Of a stretch of DNA of 64,000 nucleotides, positions 18,980-29,831 are shown in pieces. The notes below the pieces were generated by a model, which ran no database searches, was not told the origin of the DNA, and was given only the letters and a program-made list of their open reading frames with translations. Every line of letters begins with the position of its first letter. Within the stretch, counting starts at the first letter, position 1. The stretch is from Spirochaetia bacterium (GTDB taxonomy: Bacteria > Spirochaetota > Spirochaetia > CAKZLE01), in contig OY782041.1 in assembly GCA_963677595.1 (NCBI GenBank), positions 1,120,001 to 1,184,000 of the forward strand. The letters run 5' to 3'. A program made the position numbers and the translations under genes.

Positions 18980-19687
18980 CTAGCCTAACAGGTTGGTCCA
19001 GAGGACCGACGATGCCATAGCCCCGATGAGGCAGATGGCAAGGACGAAGTTCGAGAGCCACGTCAGCCCTGCCCGCTTCACGAGCAGCGACAGGATGACT
19101 GCCAGGGCGGCACTCGTCAGCAGGGTCAGCAGGGAGGCCCCGCCGTCCAGGATCAGGGGAGTCACGAGGACGACCACGATGGTGAGCAGGAAGGTACTGT
19201 TCCCTAACGCTCCCAACCGGGGGTCCCTCGTCTTCATGTTCATCGTCCCGTCCATGATCCTCTTCCCGAAGAAGATGAGGATGACGATCCCCCCGAGGAT
19301 GGAGAAGCTCATGACATACATGATCAGCGTGAAGTCCGTCATGGTCGCGGTAGCCATCTCCTTGCCGATGGAACCGAGGGCCATGTCGGCTGCCATGATC
19401 TCATAGCCTACCGAACCGAGGACCGAGAGGCGGTACCAGGGCCAGGGGACTCCCAGCATGGCGGCAAGGCTGAAGAAGCCCACCACGATGGCGACTGACG
19501 GCACCAGTGATACTGACAACGTCGATTTCACCACGTTCATCAGCTCGGTCCGTTCGATCCCGAGTTCTTTCGCCCTGCTCCAGGACTTCCTCAGGAACAG
19601 CAGGGTCATGAGGACCACGGCACCGATGCCGATCACCCCGACCAGGAAATAGAGCAGAGGACTCTCCGCTATCTTCAGATACTCCAT
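18980..19687 (-). CDS. DUF5058-like membrane protein
   Basis: PWPWYRLSVLGSVGYE motif, ~6 TM segments. Confidence 0.7.
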   Translation of the reverse strand: MEYLKIAESPLLYFLVGVIGIGAVVLMTLLFLRKSWSRAKELGIERTELMNVVKSTLSVSLVPSVAIVVGFFSLAAMLGVPWPWYRLSVLGSVGYEIMAADMALGSIGKEMATATMTDFTLIMYVMSFSILGGIVILIFFGKRIMDGTMNMKTRDPRLGALGNSTFLLTIVVVLVTPLILDGGASLLTLLTSAALAVILSLLVKRAGLTWLSNFVLAICLIGAMASSVLWTNLLG

Positions 19688-19716
19688 ATAACCTCCCTGT
19701 ATATGTGTGTTTTTTG

Positions 19717-20916
19717 TTATGCGTTACGCTTCAGCCACTCGAGGGCGAACCCGACATAGGCCGCAGACCCGCGGAAGAGCACCGACTCATCGAAGATCGC
19801 CTTGGGATGGTGCATCGGGAAGGCATAGCCCTTCCTGGCATCCCCTGCGACGAGCATGGTCATCACGCTCGGGACCTGTTCCGTGACGAAGGCAAAATCC
19901 TCGCTCCCCATCATCTTCCCTCCGGGCAGCACGTCATCGATGAAGATGAGGTCCTCCTCACCGAACAGGTCAGCCATGATCGAGTTGAAGGAAGAAACGG
20001 CATCAGCCGTTGTGGTAACTGAAGGACAGCCGTTGCTGAAGATGACCTCTGCCGTACAGCGGTAGCTGGCCGCGATCCCCTCCGAGATCTCGGTCATCCG
20101 CTTCTTGATGAACGCCCGGTGGTCGTTGCTGAAGGTCCTGATGGTCCCCATCATGGAGGCAGTGTCCGAGATGACGTTCGCCGTCGTGCCCCCGCAGTAC
20201 TTCCCGACCGTGACCACGATGGCATCGCCTGCACCGGTCTCCCGGCTGTTGATAGCCTGCAGGCCAAGATGGATGGTAGAGGCTGGGATCAGGGGGTCTA
20301 TCGCCATGTTCGGCATGGCCCCGTGGCCCCCCTTTCCCTGGATCCTGATCTCGAACCAGTCGGAGGTCGCAGAGAGCGCCCCGGCCATCGGCTTGAGGAG
20401 CTTCCCCGCAGGAAGCGGCATCCCCGATGCAACATGGATCATCATCGCGATATCGACGGAGGGGTTCTCAAGGATCCCGGCAGCGACCATGGCCTTCGCT
20501 CCGCTGAGGGTCTCCTCAGCAGGCTGGAACATCAGTTTCACCGTGCCCTCGATCTCGTCCTCATGCTCTTTCAGGAGCCTCGCGGCACCGAGGAGCATCG
20601 AGGTATGCAGGTCATGCCCGCAGGCATGCATGTTCCCCGTCTCGGACCTGAAGGGGACCTCCGTGGCCTCCTCGATCGGGAGGGCATCCATATCGGCACG
20701 GAGCAGGACCACCTTCCCCGGTTTCTTCCCCCCGGCGATCGCCAGTAATCCTGATTGGCAGATCTCCTGCGGCTCATAGCCCATCTTGATGAGCTGCTCC
20801 TTCACATAGGCAGCAGTCACCGGCAGTTCCATCCCGGTCTCGGCATGCTGGTGCAGGTAGTGCCGATGGTCAACCAGCAGGCCCTGTATTCCTTGAGCTT
20901 CCTGAACGAGTGTCAT
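19717..20916 (-). CDS. M20D amidohydrolase (hippurate hydrolase-like)
   Basis: LRADMDALP, MHACGHD, FQPAEE, GGHGA, SEDF, MHHP. Confidence 0.93.
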   Translation of the reverse strand: MTLVQEAQGIQGLLVDHRHYLHQHAETGMELPVTAAYVKEQLIKMGYEPQEICQSGLLAIAGGKKPGKVVLLRADMDALPIEEATEVPFRSETGNMHACGHDLHTSMLLGAARLLKEHEDEIEGTVKLMFQPAEETLSGAKAMVAAGILENPSVDIAMMIHVASGMPLPAGKLLKPMAGALSATSDWFEIRIQGKGGHGAMPNMAIDPLIPASTIHLGLQAINSRETGAGDAIVVTVGKYCGGTTANVISDTASMMGTIRTFSNDHRAFIKKRMTEISEGIAASYRCTAEVIFSNGCPSVTTTADAVSSFNSIMADLFGEEDLIFIDDVLPGGKMMGSEDFAFVTEQVPSVMTMLVAGDARKGYAFPMHHPKAIFDESVLFRGSAAYVGFALEWLKRNA

Positions 20917-21070
20917 GATATCCCCCTCTTTGATTATTAGACATTTTTAGACGTCCTAGGAGAAGCATAGCATGCTGCTGGAAGATCTGTCAAACTCTTT
21001 TTCAGAGGATATCAACACAGGAGAAATAGAGTGAAGAGGAGATGAGGTGCGTAACGATCGGGGAACAGTC

Positions 21071-22717
21071 CTACCCCGAATACATCCCTGCCCGTTCCAC
21101 GGCATCCCGGAAGAGGTCCACGAGATTCTCCTCCATGCAGAACCTCGTGATGCCGTTGCGCAGGAGCTTCTCCTTCACCTCAGGGTTCATCCCCGAGATG
21201 ATGACGGTCACCCCCATCCTGTGGAAGGACTCGAGGGTATCGAAGAGGTTCTTCATGCCGGTCTGGTCGACGAAATCGACATGACGCATCCTGATGATCA
21301 GGACCTTTGTCTTCTTGCCGGCATCCTTCATCAGCTCGGCATACCGTTTAGCGGTACCGAAGAAGAGCGGGCCGCTGATCTCGAAGATCCTGACCGTCCC
21401 CGGCAGGTAGGAGTAGTCCTCGAGCACATCGGTGTCCACGACATGCTCGATCCGCTTGTCAGCGATGTCGGACATCCGCTTCATGAAGAAGAGGCTCGAG
21501 AGCACCACCCCGATCTCGATGGCAGCCACGAGGTCGATGAAGATCGTCACGAGAAAGGTCGTCAGCAGGATGAGACGGTCATAGATGTTCCCCTTCAGGA
21601 TCGACCGGAAGGAACGGTACTCACTCATGTCATAGGAGACGACGATCAGGATGCCTGCGAGGCAGGCCATCGGTATATAGACCACGAACCTGCCGAAGAA
21701 GAGCAGGATCAGCAGCAGTACCACGGAGTGGGTGATCCCCGCTATCGGGGTCCTCCCGCCGTTCCTGATGTTCGTCGCCGTCCTCGCGATAGCTCCCGTG
21801 GCGGGGATCCCGCCGAAGAAGGGGGAGACGATGTTCGCCAGTCCCTGGGCGATGAGCTCGGTATTGGAGCGGTGATTGCCGCTGATCATACCGTCAGCGA
21901 CTGAAGCAGAGAGGAGAGACTCGATCCCGCCGAGCAGGGCGATCGCCAGGGCCGGCTGGAGGAGCGATAGGAAGCCGGATTCGGGGATGCCCGGCAGCTG
22001 CAGCTGCACGGTACCCGAGATCTCCCCATAGAGCGAGCCGATGGTCGCGACTGGGAGATCGGCAAGCAGGACGGTGATACTCGCGATGATGATGGCGATG
22101 ATCGATCCCGGCACCTTGCGGATGTACCGCCGGCTGAGGATGAGGGTCAGGATCGTGAAGGCCGTGATCCCGAAGGCATAGAAGTTCACACCCACGATAT
22201 GCTCCCCATAGACGAGGAGCTTCTCGATGAACTCCGAGGGGACCTGGTCGATCTCCAGTCCCAGGGCATCCTTGACCTGCGTGAAGAAGATCACTACGGC
22301 GATCCCGCTCGTGAACCCCACGGTGAGAGAATGGGGGATGAACTTCAAGAGGGTCCCGAGACGCAGGAGGCCCATGAGGACCAGCAGGATCCCGGCAAGG
22401 ACCGTAGCATAGAAGAGCCCGTCGATCCCGTGCTCTCCGACGATACCGAAGATGATGATGATGAAGGCCCCGGTAGGCCCGCCGATCTGGACACGGCTGC
22501 CCCCGAGGACCGCGATGATGAACCCGCCGATGATTGCGGTGATGATGCCCATGACCGGGGGGACGCCGGAGGCGACGGCAAAGGCGATCGAGAGCGGCAG
22601 GGCGACGATCCCGACCACGATACCCGCCAGGATATCGGAGGAGACCGTATGGAGGGGAATACCATGCTTGAGAAGAGAGAACATCTTGGGCTTGAATATA
22701 TCCTGCATTCGTTTCAC
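21071..22717 (-). CDS. SulP family anion transporter with STAS domain
   Basis: VALPLSIAFA, GPTGAF, TGAIARTA, GPLFFG, DQTG. Confidence 0.93.
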   Translation of the reverse strand: MKRMQDIFKPKMFSLLKHGIPLHTVSSDILAGIVVGIVALPLSIAFAVASGVPPVMGIITAIIGGFIIAVLGGSRVQIGGPTGAFIIIIFGIVGEHGIDGLFYATVLAGILLVLMGLLRLGTLLKFIPHSLTVGFTSGIAVVIFFTQVKDALGLEIDQVPSEFIEKLLVYGEHIVGVNFYAFGITAFTILTLILSRRYIRKVPGSIIAIIIASITVLLADLPVATIGSLYGEISGTVQLQLPGIPESGFLSLLQPALAIALLGGIESLLSASVADGMISGNHRSNTELIAQGLANIVSPFFGGIPATGAIARTATNIRNGGRTPIAGITHSVVLLLILLFFGRFVVYIPMACLAGILIVVSYDMSEYRSFRSILKGNIYDRLILLTTFLVTIFIDLVAAIEIGVVLSSLFFMKRMSDIADKRIEHVVDTDVLEDYSYLPGTVRIFEISGPLFFGTAKRYAELMKDAGKKTKVLIIRMRHVDFVDQTGMKNLFDTLESFHRMGVTVIISGMNPEVKEKLLRNGITRFCMEENLVDLFRDAVERAGMYSG

Positions 22718-22965
22718 CGCCTGAGTCTACCCTGTTTTACTGGAATCAGCTCTATATACGCCTTGTACAGAAAAAAATCAAGCATATCCCGCTCAGTTTC
22801 AGTGAGAATTCTCAGCTATGTGCTAAAAGCATCCGCCCCCTGTCATCTACGAGCTGCTGTACTCAGGGATAGCTGATGAAAGGGTAGATGGGGGGATTGG
22901 GACTGGATGGAGGCGCCCCGGTCTTCCCGGGAGGAGATCCCGGGAAAAGCGGGGGTTATATGCAG

Positions 22966-23697
22966 CTATTCTTCGTTAGTCACCTGCCGGAGGAACTGCC
23001 TGGTACGCTCTTCCTTCGGATTGGTGAAGATCTCATCCGGCGTGCCCTGCTCGATGATCATGCCGTCATCCATGACGATCACCTTGTGGGCTACCTTCTG
23101 CGCGAACCAGATCTCGTGGGTCACGACGACCATGGTCATCCCTTCCCTGGCAAGCTCCTCGATCACGGAGATGACCTCCCCTACCAGTTCCGGGTCAAGG
23201 GCACTGGTAGGCTCATCGAATAGGATCACATCCGGGTCCATGGCCAGGGAACGGGCAATGGCTACCCGCTGCTTCTGCCCGCCGGAGAGCATCTCCGGAT
23301 AGACCTGGGCCTTCTCTTCCAGCCCGACCTTGCGCAGCAGGTCCATGGCGATCTTCCGTGATTCCTTCTTCGGGATGTTCTTCACCTGGACGGGTCCTTC
23401 CATCACATTCTCGAGCACCGTCATATGGGGGAAGAGGTGGAAATGCTGGAAGACCATGCCGACCCTGGCCCGCAGGCTGTCGATGTCATGGTTCTTATGC
23501 TTGATCTCCTGTCCATCGATGAAGATCTTCCCCTTATCGGCGATCTCAAGGAAATTGAGGCAGCGGAGGAAGGTACTCTTCCCGGAACCGGAAGGACCGA
23601 TGATGACGATGATCTCCTTCTCCTCCACGGTCATGTCGATGCCCTTCAGTACATGGAGGTCCCCGAAGTTCTTATGTATGTTCTCAGCTTTTACCAT
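22966..23697 (-). CDS. Polar amino acid ABC transporter ATPase (GlnQ-like)
   Basis: [27 protein letters not shown]. Confidence 0.95.
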   Translation of the reverse strand: MVKAENIHKNFGDLHVLKGIDMTVEEKEIIVIIGPSGSGKSTFLRCLNFLEIADKGKIFIDGQEIKHKNHDIDSLRARVGMVFQHFHLFPHMTVLENVMEGPVQVKNIPKKESRKIAMDLLRKVGLEEKAQVYPEMLSGGQKQRVAIARSLAMDPDVILFDEPTSALDPELVGEVISVIEELAREGMTMVVVTHEIWFAQKVAHKVIVMDDGMIIEQGTPDEIFTNPKEERTRQFLRQVTNEE

Positions 23698-24377
23698 ATC
23701 TTCCGAGCCTCTCTCTTGCCTGATGCCAGCTTCTTATCGATCCTGGACAATACCATATTCAGGATCGAGGTTAGGAGCAGGTAATAGATACCTACGATGA
23801 TCAGCATCTCCATATACATGAATGTGGAGCTTCCCAGCTGCCTGCCGCGGAGCAGCAGTTCGGGAACCGCAATCGTACTGGCAAGACTGGAATCCTTCAG
23901 TGCGATGATGAACTGGTTACCCAGCGGGGGTATCGCCCGCTTGAGGGCCTGGGGCAGGATCACCCGCTGCATCGCCTTCCGGTGGCTCATCCCGATAGAC
24001 CGGGCAGCCTCCATCTGGCCTACCGGTATCGATTCTATAGCTCCCCTGAAGATCTCGGCGATATAGGCACCGTTATGGAACCCGAGTGCGAAGATCGCGG
24101 ACGGGTACGGCGGGATCGCGACCACGGTCGTCAGCCCATAATAGATGATGAACAACTGAAGGAGGAGCGGCGTGCCGCGCACAACGAAGATATAGGCGGA
24201 AGCGATCGCTTTCGGTACCCTGTTGTGGGACACTTTCATCAGTGCAAACACGAATCCCACGACCACGCCGCAGATGATACCTGCGGCTGTGATCTCCAGC
24301 GTGATCAAGGCTGCCTTAGCGAAGTCAGGGAACCTTGTCACGACTACTGTTAGATCCCAGGGGAAAAAATCAGACAA
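23691..24377 (-). CDS. Polar amino acid ABC transporter permease
   Basis: [25 protein letters not shown]. Confidence 0.95.
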   Translation of the reverse strand: MSDFFPWDLTVVVTRFPDFAKAALITLEITAAGIICGVVVGFVFALMKVSHNRVPKAIASAYIFVVRGTPLLLQLFIIYYGLTTVVAIPPYPSAIFALGFHNGAYIAEIFRGAIESIPVGQMEAARSIGMSHRKAMQRVILPQALKRAIPPLGNQFIIALKDSSLASTIAVPELLLRGRQLGSSTFMYMEMLIIVGIYYLLLTSILNMVLSRIDKKLASGKREARKIW

Positions 24378-24392
24378 TGATGTTCTCCTGTA

Positions 24393-25160
24393 TTACGGGT
24401 TGGTGATGTCGATACCGTCGAACCAGTCACCGCTGATCTCTGACAGGGTACCGTCTGCACGCATATCAGCGAGGGCTGCATTCACGTCATCGGTCAGTGG
24501 ATTGTCTTTCTGGAAAGCGATCGCACACCGTTCCTTTCGGAGAAGCTCACCGGTGAGGACCAGGTCACTGCCGCCGTCGATCTGGTTGATCGCATTGACT
24601 GCTACCACACGGTCTGAGATGACTGCATCGATCCTGCCGTTGATCAGCTCCATCAGGGTCTGGTTGTCATCCTCATACAGGCGGGCCTTTGCCCCCATAC
24701 CTTCCACATCGGTGACGAAGGTAGTACCGGTGACGACACCGATCACGGTATCCGCATCGATATCATCGAGCGACTTGATAGCAGAATCCTTCCTGGTGAT
24801 CACCTGTGCACCTGAATAATAGTAGGGTTCTGAGAAATCGACGACTTTCAGCCTCTCATCGGTGATGGCCATACTCCCGAGGATCCCGTCATACCGACCT
24901 GCACGAAGGCCCTCGATGATGCCGTCCCAGGCGGTCGTCACATAGTCCAGTTCCAGATCAAGACGACTGGCGATCTCGGCTGCCACATCGACGTCGAACC
25001 CCTCGACCCCGTCATCGGTGATGAAGTTGAACGGGGGATACCCGCCGGACCCGGCGAACTGGATCACTTCCTTCGTCTCCTCGACCTGCCCGTTCGCGAA
25101 CACGACGGCAGGGATAACAGCTACCAATACCAATGCTATCAACAGATTTCTTATTCTCAT
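24393..25160 (-). CDS. Polar amino acid ABC transporter substrate-binding protein
   Basis: YPPFNF, GFDVD, ITDER..VDFSEPYY; start 25160 after GGAGG. Confidence 0.93.
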   Translation of the reverse strand: MRIRNLLIALVLVAVIPAVVFANGQVEETKEVIQFAGSGGYPPFNFITDDGVEGFDVDVAAEIASRLDLELDYVTTAWDGIIEGLRAGRYDGILGSMAITDERLKVVDFSEPYYYSGAQVITRKDSAIKSLDDIDADTVIGVVTGTTFVTDVEGMGAKARLYEDDNQTLMELINGRIDAVISDRVVAVNAINQIDGGSDLVLTGELLRKERCAIAFQKDNPLTDDVNAALADMRADGTLSEISGDWFDGIDITNP

Positions 25161-25449
25161 GATTCCTCCGATTGTTTCGACCACGTACTACGTAATTACT
25201 ATGTAGACTATGGTTATAGGCGTATTTACCATATAGTTGAAACACTTATTATTTAGTACTCTAACAATTTATACCGCACCTTGTCAAAGCAGATCGGCGA
25301 TTTTATTACACTTTGTCAACGAAATACTCCGTTTTTGCCCGACCATCTCTTGGCATTAACACGTTTTAATGCGAATATTCTCATAGTTCGATCAGTTACG
25401 TTTGATTAGTAGTATAATTTTTATAATTAGAACTGGGGAGTACACTACC

Positions 25450-27906
25450 ATGCATGAAGACCATCCAGCTATCATCACAAACAGGCAGCGGTTCTCAGGA
25501 AAAGAGGTCAGTATCTCTGTCGCGGAACTGCAGCGGCACACCATCGAGTTCCTGGAGCACTACGCCACACCGGCCTTGACCGGCAACTCCTTCTGCCGAA
25601 TGATCGGGAGTGGGCGCGGGTCCGAGAAGTTCAGGAACCTGCTGCAGGCGACCGGCTGCACTGATGACCCTCTCGGGTTCTTCACCGAGATCACGTCGAT
25701 CCTCATGGAGCCCCATGAATCGGCCATATCGATCAACGGGGTCGAGCTGCCGTACAGGTTCCTCGTCTCGATCCTTGAGGTACTCATACCGGGACACGGC
25801 TACCTGACCATCCGGAACAGTGAACACCTCATGCAGGTCTCCAATATGGAGATCCCGGATGAGCAGCGGAAGGAGATCGATGAGGTCATAGAGACCTTCC
25901 CGGTCAGGCTCTCGTACCACACGATCCGCCAGATGATGGTCTCGAAGGATGTCGCCTACCAATACCTCCCATTCGAGGAGGAGCTCGACCCGGTCGGGCA
26001 CAAGAACACCTGGATCGGGCAGTTCCACCAGGGACTGCTCGAGCAGATGTACCAGAACCGGGTCATCTTCCTGTTGAACATGAGCTGCCCCGTATACTGC
26101 CGGTTCTGTTTCAGGAAACACAAGGACTCGAGGAACGAGCAGAACCCGACGGTAGAGGATGTGAAACGAGCCATCGACCATGTGGCAGCATCGCCCACCA
26201 TCAAGGAGATCGTCGTGACGGGAGGGGACCCCTTCATGAACCGGAAGAACATGATGGCGACGATCGACGGCTTGATGAACATCCCCCACGTGCAGACGAT
26301 CAGGCTGGCTACCCGTTCAGTCGCCTATTACCCCGACCTGTTCCTCGGGAAGGATGAGTGGTACCTCAAGTACCTCAAGGAGCAGAACATGGAGCTGCAG
26401 ATGAACGGGAAACGGCTCGAGGTCGCCACCCACTTCATCCATCCCGATGAGGTCTCGCCCGAGAGTCTGTCGATCATAACTGACCTGGTGAACTCCGGTA
26501 TCGCAGTCTATATCCAGACACCCTTCCTCAAGGACTGCAATGACCAGGGCCCTGAGCTGAAGCAGCTGTTCAGCCTCCTGCGGGGAGCAGGTGCTGAGAT
26601 GCATTATATCTACATCCCCTGCAGCCCGATCCATGGGAACAGTGTCTACTGGTCCACGATGGCAGAGGGGATCGATATCGCGGAGTACCTCAGGGCACAC
26701 CTCTCCGACCGGAGCGTGCCGAAGATCTGCACCGCTACCCCTATCGGGAAGATGGAGTGGTACACGAGCGGCTGGGCAGTCGAACCGGTCGAGGGGGAGG
26801 ACAGCTTCATCTGGATCCGCACCCCCTATACCCCCGACTACTTCAAGTCCTTCGCCCCGCTGGCGAATGAACTGCCGAACATCCGGGTGAATACAGAAGG
26901 CACCCTCGATATCCAGTATATGGCGAAGATGGGGAATGACGACTACTTCCTCGGGTCCCGGCCGCTGAGGATCAAGCGGACCAGCATCCCGATCGAGCTT
27001 CCCGAAGCGTTGTCGGCAAAGAGGATCGCCCCGCTGCTGGAAGGCAGCTCGATCGTCGATACCGGCCTGCCCAAGGTGAAACGGGTCCATGAGACCCGCG
27101 TCCAGCTCAGCTCGGATGCCGGGGAGGCTGAACTTGCCTATATCCGGGAACGAGAGCATATCAGTGATGTGGTGATCATCCCGGAGACCACCATCCCCGA
27201 AGCCCTCTATGATATCGAGAGGATCGCGGAGGTGTTGAAGAAGATCCCCCATGTGACAGCCCTCAGGCTCCGTTCACTGGAGTTCAACTATGACCCCAAG
27301 GCGTTCTCCTCCTCGATCATCACCAGGCTCGGCGACATCAACAAGCTGACCGTGACCAATCCCCTGCGGCTGGAGCTTGAATCCTGGTTCCTCGCACCCG
27401 GGGAGCTGCAGGAAGAACATATCCAACTGACCAGACGGCTTGCAAACAAGGGCATCACCGTCTACTGCAACACCCCCCTACTCGGCGGGATCAACGACTC
27501 CCCCGACATCATCCAGGGGCTGACCTACAAATACCGGGAAGCAGGGATCGAGTTCCACCACCTCTATGTCGCGGGATTGCCTGCCCAGGACCAGTGGAAC
27601 AGCAGCCACCCGATAGACCTCTATGACATCATCGATATCGCCTCCAAGATCCGCAGGGAGGGAAGCGGGCGGGAAGGCCCGCGTTATATCATCCAGACGG
27701 CCCTTGGGGAAGTCTACTACGGCCTGACCTCCTCGTTCGAGACGACCGAGGACGGGATCCGCATGAAGTGTGAGAGTTACCATCTCTCCTACTACCAGGA
27801 TATAGAGCCTGACTTCATCCTCCCTGACGAGTTCGAGCTGGATGAGGACGGCAAGATCGTCCTGCAGGTCCCCGGCCTGGTCAACCCGACCGGGTTCAGG
27901 ATCTAG
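25450..27906 (+). CDS. KamA-family radical SAM protein with a duplicated, degenerate second domain
   Basis: CPVYCRFCFRK, VTGGDP, IRLATR, HFIHP, QTPFL..ND; the pattern recurs without Cys in the C-terminal third; start 25450 after GGGGAG. Confidence 0.85.
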   Translation: MHEDHPAIITNRQRFSGKEVSISVAELQRHTIEFLEHYATPALTGNSFCRMIGSGRGSEKFRNLLQATGCTDDPLGFFTEITSILMEPHESAISINGVELPYRFLVSILEVLIPGHGYLTIRNSEHLMQVSNMEIPDEQRKEIDEVIETFPVRLSYHTIRQMMVSKDVAYQYLPFEEELDPVGHKNTWIGQFHQGLLEQMYQNRVIFLLNMSCPVYCRFCFRKHKDSRNEQNPTVEDVKRAIDHVAASPTIKEIVVTGGDPFMNRKNMMATIDGLMNIPHVQTIRLATRSVAYYPDLFLGKDEWYLKYLKEQNMELQMNGKRLEVATHFIHPDEVSPESLSIITDLVNSGIAVYIQTPFLKDCNDQGPELKQLFSLLRGAGAEMHYIYIPCSPIHGNSVYWSTMAEGIDIAEYLRAHLSDRSVPKICTATPIGKMEWYTSGWAVEPVEGEDSFIWIRTPYTPDYFKSFAPLANELPNIRVNTEGTLDIQYMAKMGNDDYFLGSRPLRIKRTSIPIELPEALSAKRIAPLLEGSSIVDTGLPKVKRVHETRVQLSSDAGEAELAYIREREHISDVVIIPETTIPEALYDIERIAEVLKKIPHVTALRLRSLEFNYDPKAFSSSIITRLGDINKLTVTNPLRLELESWFLAPGELQEEHIQLTRRLANKGITVYCNTPLLGGINDSPDIIQGLTYKYREAGIEFHHLYVAGLPAQDQWNSSHPIDLYDIIDIASKIRREGSGREGPRYIIQTALGEVYYGLTSSFETTEDGIRMKCESYHLSYYQDIEPDFILPDEFELDEDGKIVLQVPGLVNPTGFRI

Positions 27907-27918
27907 GGGGGAGAGCAG

Positions 27919-28581
27919 ATGCGATACCCATACCTGGCATACCATCCGGGGATCACGATCCACCCGGTATTCCTGCACCTCCAAGGGGAGCCCTATATCC
28001 TGGACCTCTCCTCCGAGAGTGCACTGCTGCGCATCCCGGGGTCTGAAGACCAGCGGGTCTTCCAGCAGATCCTGGACAGGGAGATGGAAGGCTTCTCCTG
28101 GGGTGTCTCATCCTACCTCGAAGACAGGAGGCTCCTGCTCAAGGACTGCCCGCAGATGATGCAGGAGAAGCGGTTCTACCATCTTGGCCTGGATGTGATC
28201 GTACCGCCGGGGACTGCGTTATGCGCCCCGCTGCCCGGGACGGTCCATGACAGCGGGTATGAGGAGGGCAGCGGGAACTACGGCGGGTATGCTGTCCTCA
28301 AGCATGACAGTCTCCCGGGAGACCCGTTCTACTCCCTCTATGGACACCTCAAGAGGAACTCCCTGCCGGTACCAGGCAGCACTATACCCGCAGGAGCAGT
28401 GTTCGCCGAGACCGGTGAGTTCGGGGAGAATGGCGGCTGGTTCTACCATACCCACATACAGGTCCTGACAGAGGCAGGGATGGAAGCAGGCATGCAGTCC
28501 AAGGGATACTGCAGTGAAGGGATGCTCTCATGCATAGACGCACTCTGCCCATCACCACTGTCCCTGTTCAGGATAACCTGA
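27919..28581 (+). CDS. M23 peptidase-like protein
   Basis: HLGLD (HxxxD), YGHL, HTH (HxH) Zn motifs; no signal peptide. Confidence 0.82.
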   Translation: MRYPYLAYHPGITIHPVFLHLQGEPYILDLSSESALLRIPGSEDQRVFQQILDREMEGFSWGVSSYLEDRRLLLKDCPQMMQEKRFYHLGLDVIVPPGTALCAPLPGTVHDSGYEEGSGNYGGYAVLKHDSLPGDPFYSLYGHLKRNSLPVPGSTIPAGAVFAETGEFGENGGWFYHTHIQVLTEAGMEAGMQSKGYCSEGMLSCIDALCPSPLSLFRIT

Positions 28582-28667
28582 AATACACCCTACTAGAGCC
28601 TGTTTTTTCCAAACTATTCTTTGAGATCCACCATTTTTCTGGTATTATCCTCTATAGAGGGAACTTC

Positions 28668-29825
28668 ATGCAGTTAGACTTTTTCACGGCATTCATCATG
28701 ACCGCCATCATCATCGGGACGATCGGCTTGTCAACCCTACTCTTCAGCCTTCTGACGAAGGAGAACCGCCCGTTCATCTGGGCGGCGATCGCGGGTTTCC
28801 TCTTCTCAGCCGCGTTCTTCCTCGGGGGTTTCAGGTCGGTCATACCGGACTACTTGAGCATCATCGTCTTCAACCTGCTCTGTGTCCTTGCCATGATCTC
28901 CTACAGTGAGCTGTTCTGCCGGCTCCTGTCGTTCTATCCGAAAAGACGATACCTGCTGCTCATCCTCCCGGTCGTGCTGCTCATCGCCAACTTCTGGCAC
29001 ACCTACCAGGAACCGAGTTTCAGGGCCAGGGCTATCACCTTCGATGTGACCATCCTGGTCGTCTGCTTTTATACCATCAGGGTCCTCATCATCGGGTCGA
29101 ACCCGAGACAGCTGCTCATCCACGTCCTTGCTGCCTCTGCCTTCATCCTGATGGGATCGATCGGGTTCATACGGATCCTCTACCTCCTCTTCTGGGACGG
29201 GTCAGCTGGGACATCGTTCACTGGCCAGACGAACCTCCTGGCGAACATCGCCTACCTGGACTCCACGGTCCTTGCGACCGCCTCAGCGATCCTCCTCATC
29301 AGCGACAGGCTCCATTACCAGATAAAGCAGAACGCCCGGCTCGACCCGCTGACCTCGATCCTCAACAGGAGAGTCCTCCAGGAGGTCTGCGAACGGGAGA
29401 TGTCCCTTGCAAGACGGGGCGGAGTCCCCCTGAGCCTGGTCATCTGCGACATCGACCATTTCAAGGTAGTGAATGACTCTCATGGCCACCTGACCGGTGA
29501 TGCCGTCCTGGTCCACTTCGTCGGTATCCTGCAGAGATGCCTGAGGAACACGGACCTGCTCATCCGGTACGGCGGTGAGGAGTTCGTCTTCATGCTTCCG
29601 CAGACCGACCGTGCCAATGCCATGATCACAGCTGACCGTATCCGCAAGACCGTGAAGAACTCACCTTATACCGAAGGAGACATGGTGGTCTTCCTTACCG
29701 GGAGCTTCGGGGTGACAGGTTTCGACCCCGAGTCTGACACGCTGGACGACATGCTGCACCGGGCTGACAGGGCAATGTATGATGCTAAAGACCAGGGACG
29801 CGACAGGGTCTGCTCACGTCCGTGA
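28668..29825 (+). CDS. Membrane-bound diguanylate cyclase
   Basis: ~7 TM segments, DPLT..LNRR, DIDHFK, RxxD I-site (RNTD), RYGGEEF. Confidence 0.92.
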   Translation: MQLDFFTAFIMTAIIIGTIGLSTLLFSLLTKENRPFIWAAIAGFLFSAAFFLGGFRSVIPDYLSIIVFNLLCVLAMISYSELFCRLLSFYPKRRYLLLILPVVLLIANFWHTYQEPSFRARAITFDVTILVVCFYTIRVLIIGSNPRQLLIHVLAASAFILMGSIGFIRILYLLFWDGSAGTSFTGQTNLLANIAYLDSTVLATASAILLISDRLHYQIKQNARLDPLTSILNRRVLQEVCEREMSLARRGGVPLSLVICDIDHFKVVNDSHGHLTGDAVLVHFVGILQRCLRNTDLLIRYGGEEFVFMLPQTDRANAMITADRIRKTVKNSPYTEGDMVVFLTGSFGVTGFDPESDTLDDMLHRADRAMYDAKDQGRDRVCSRP

Positions 29826-29831
29826 GTACCC

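Noticed and set aside
25450-27906. EF-P modification enzyme EpmB
   Set aside because: No efp/epmA nearby, twice the usual length, lysine-binding acidic residues absent
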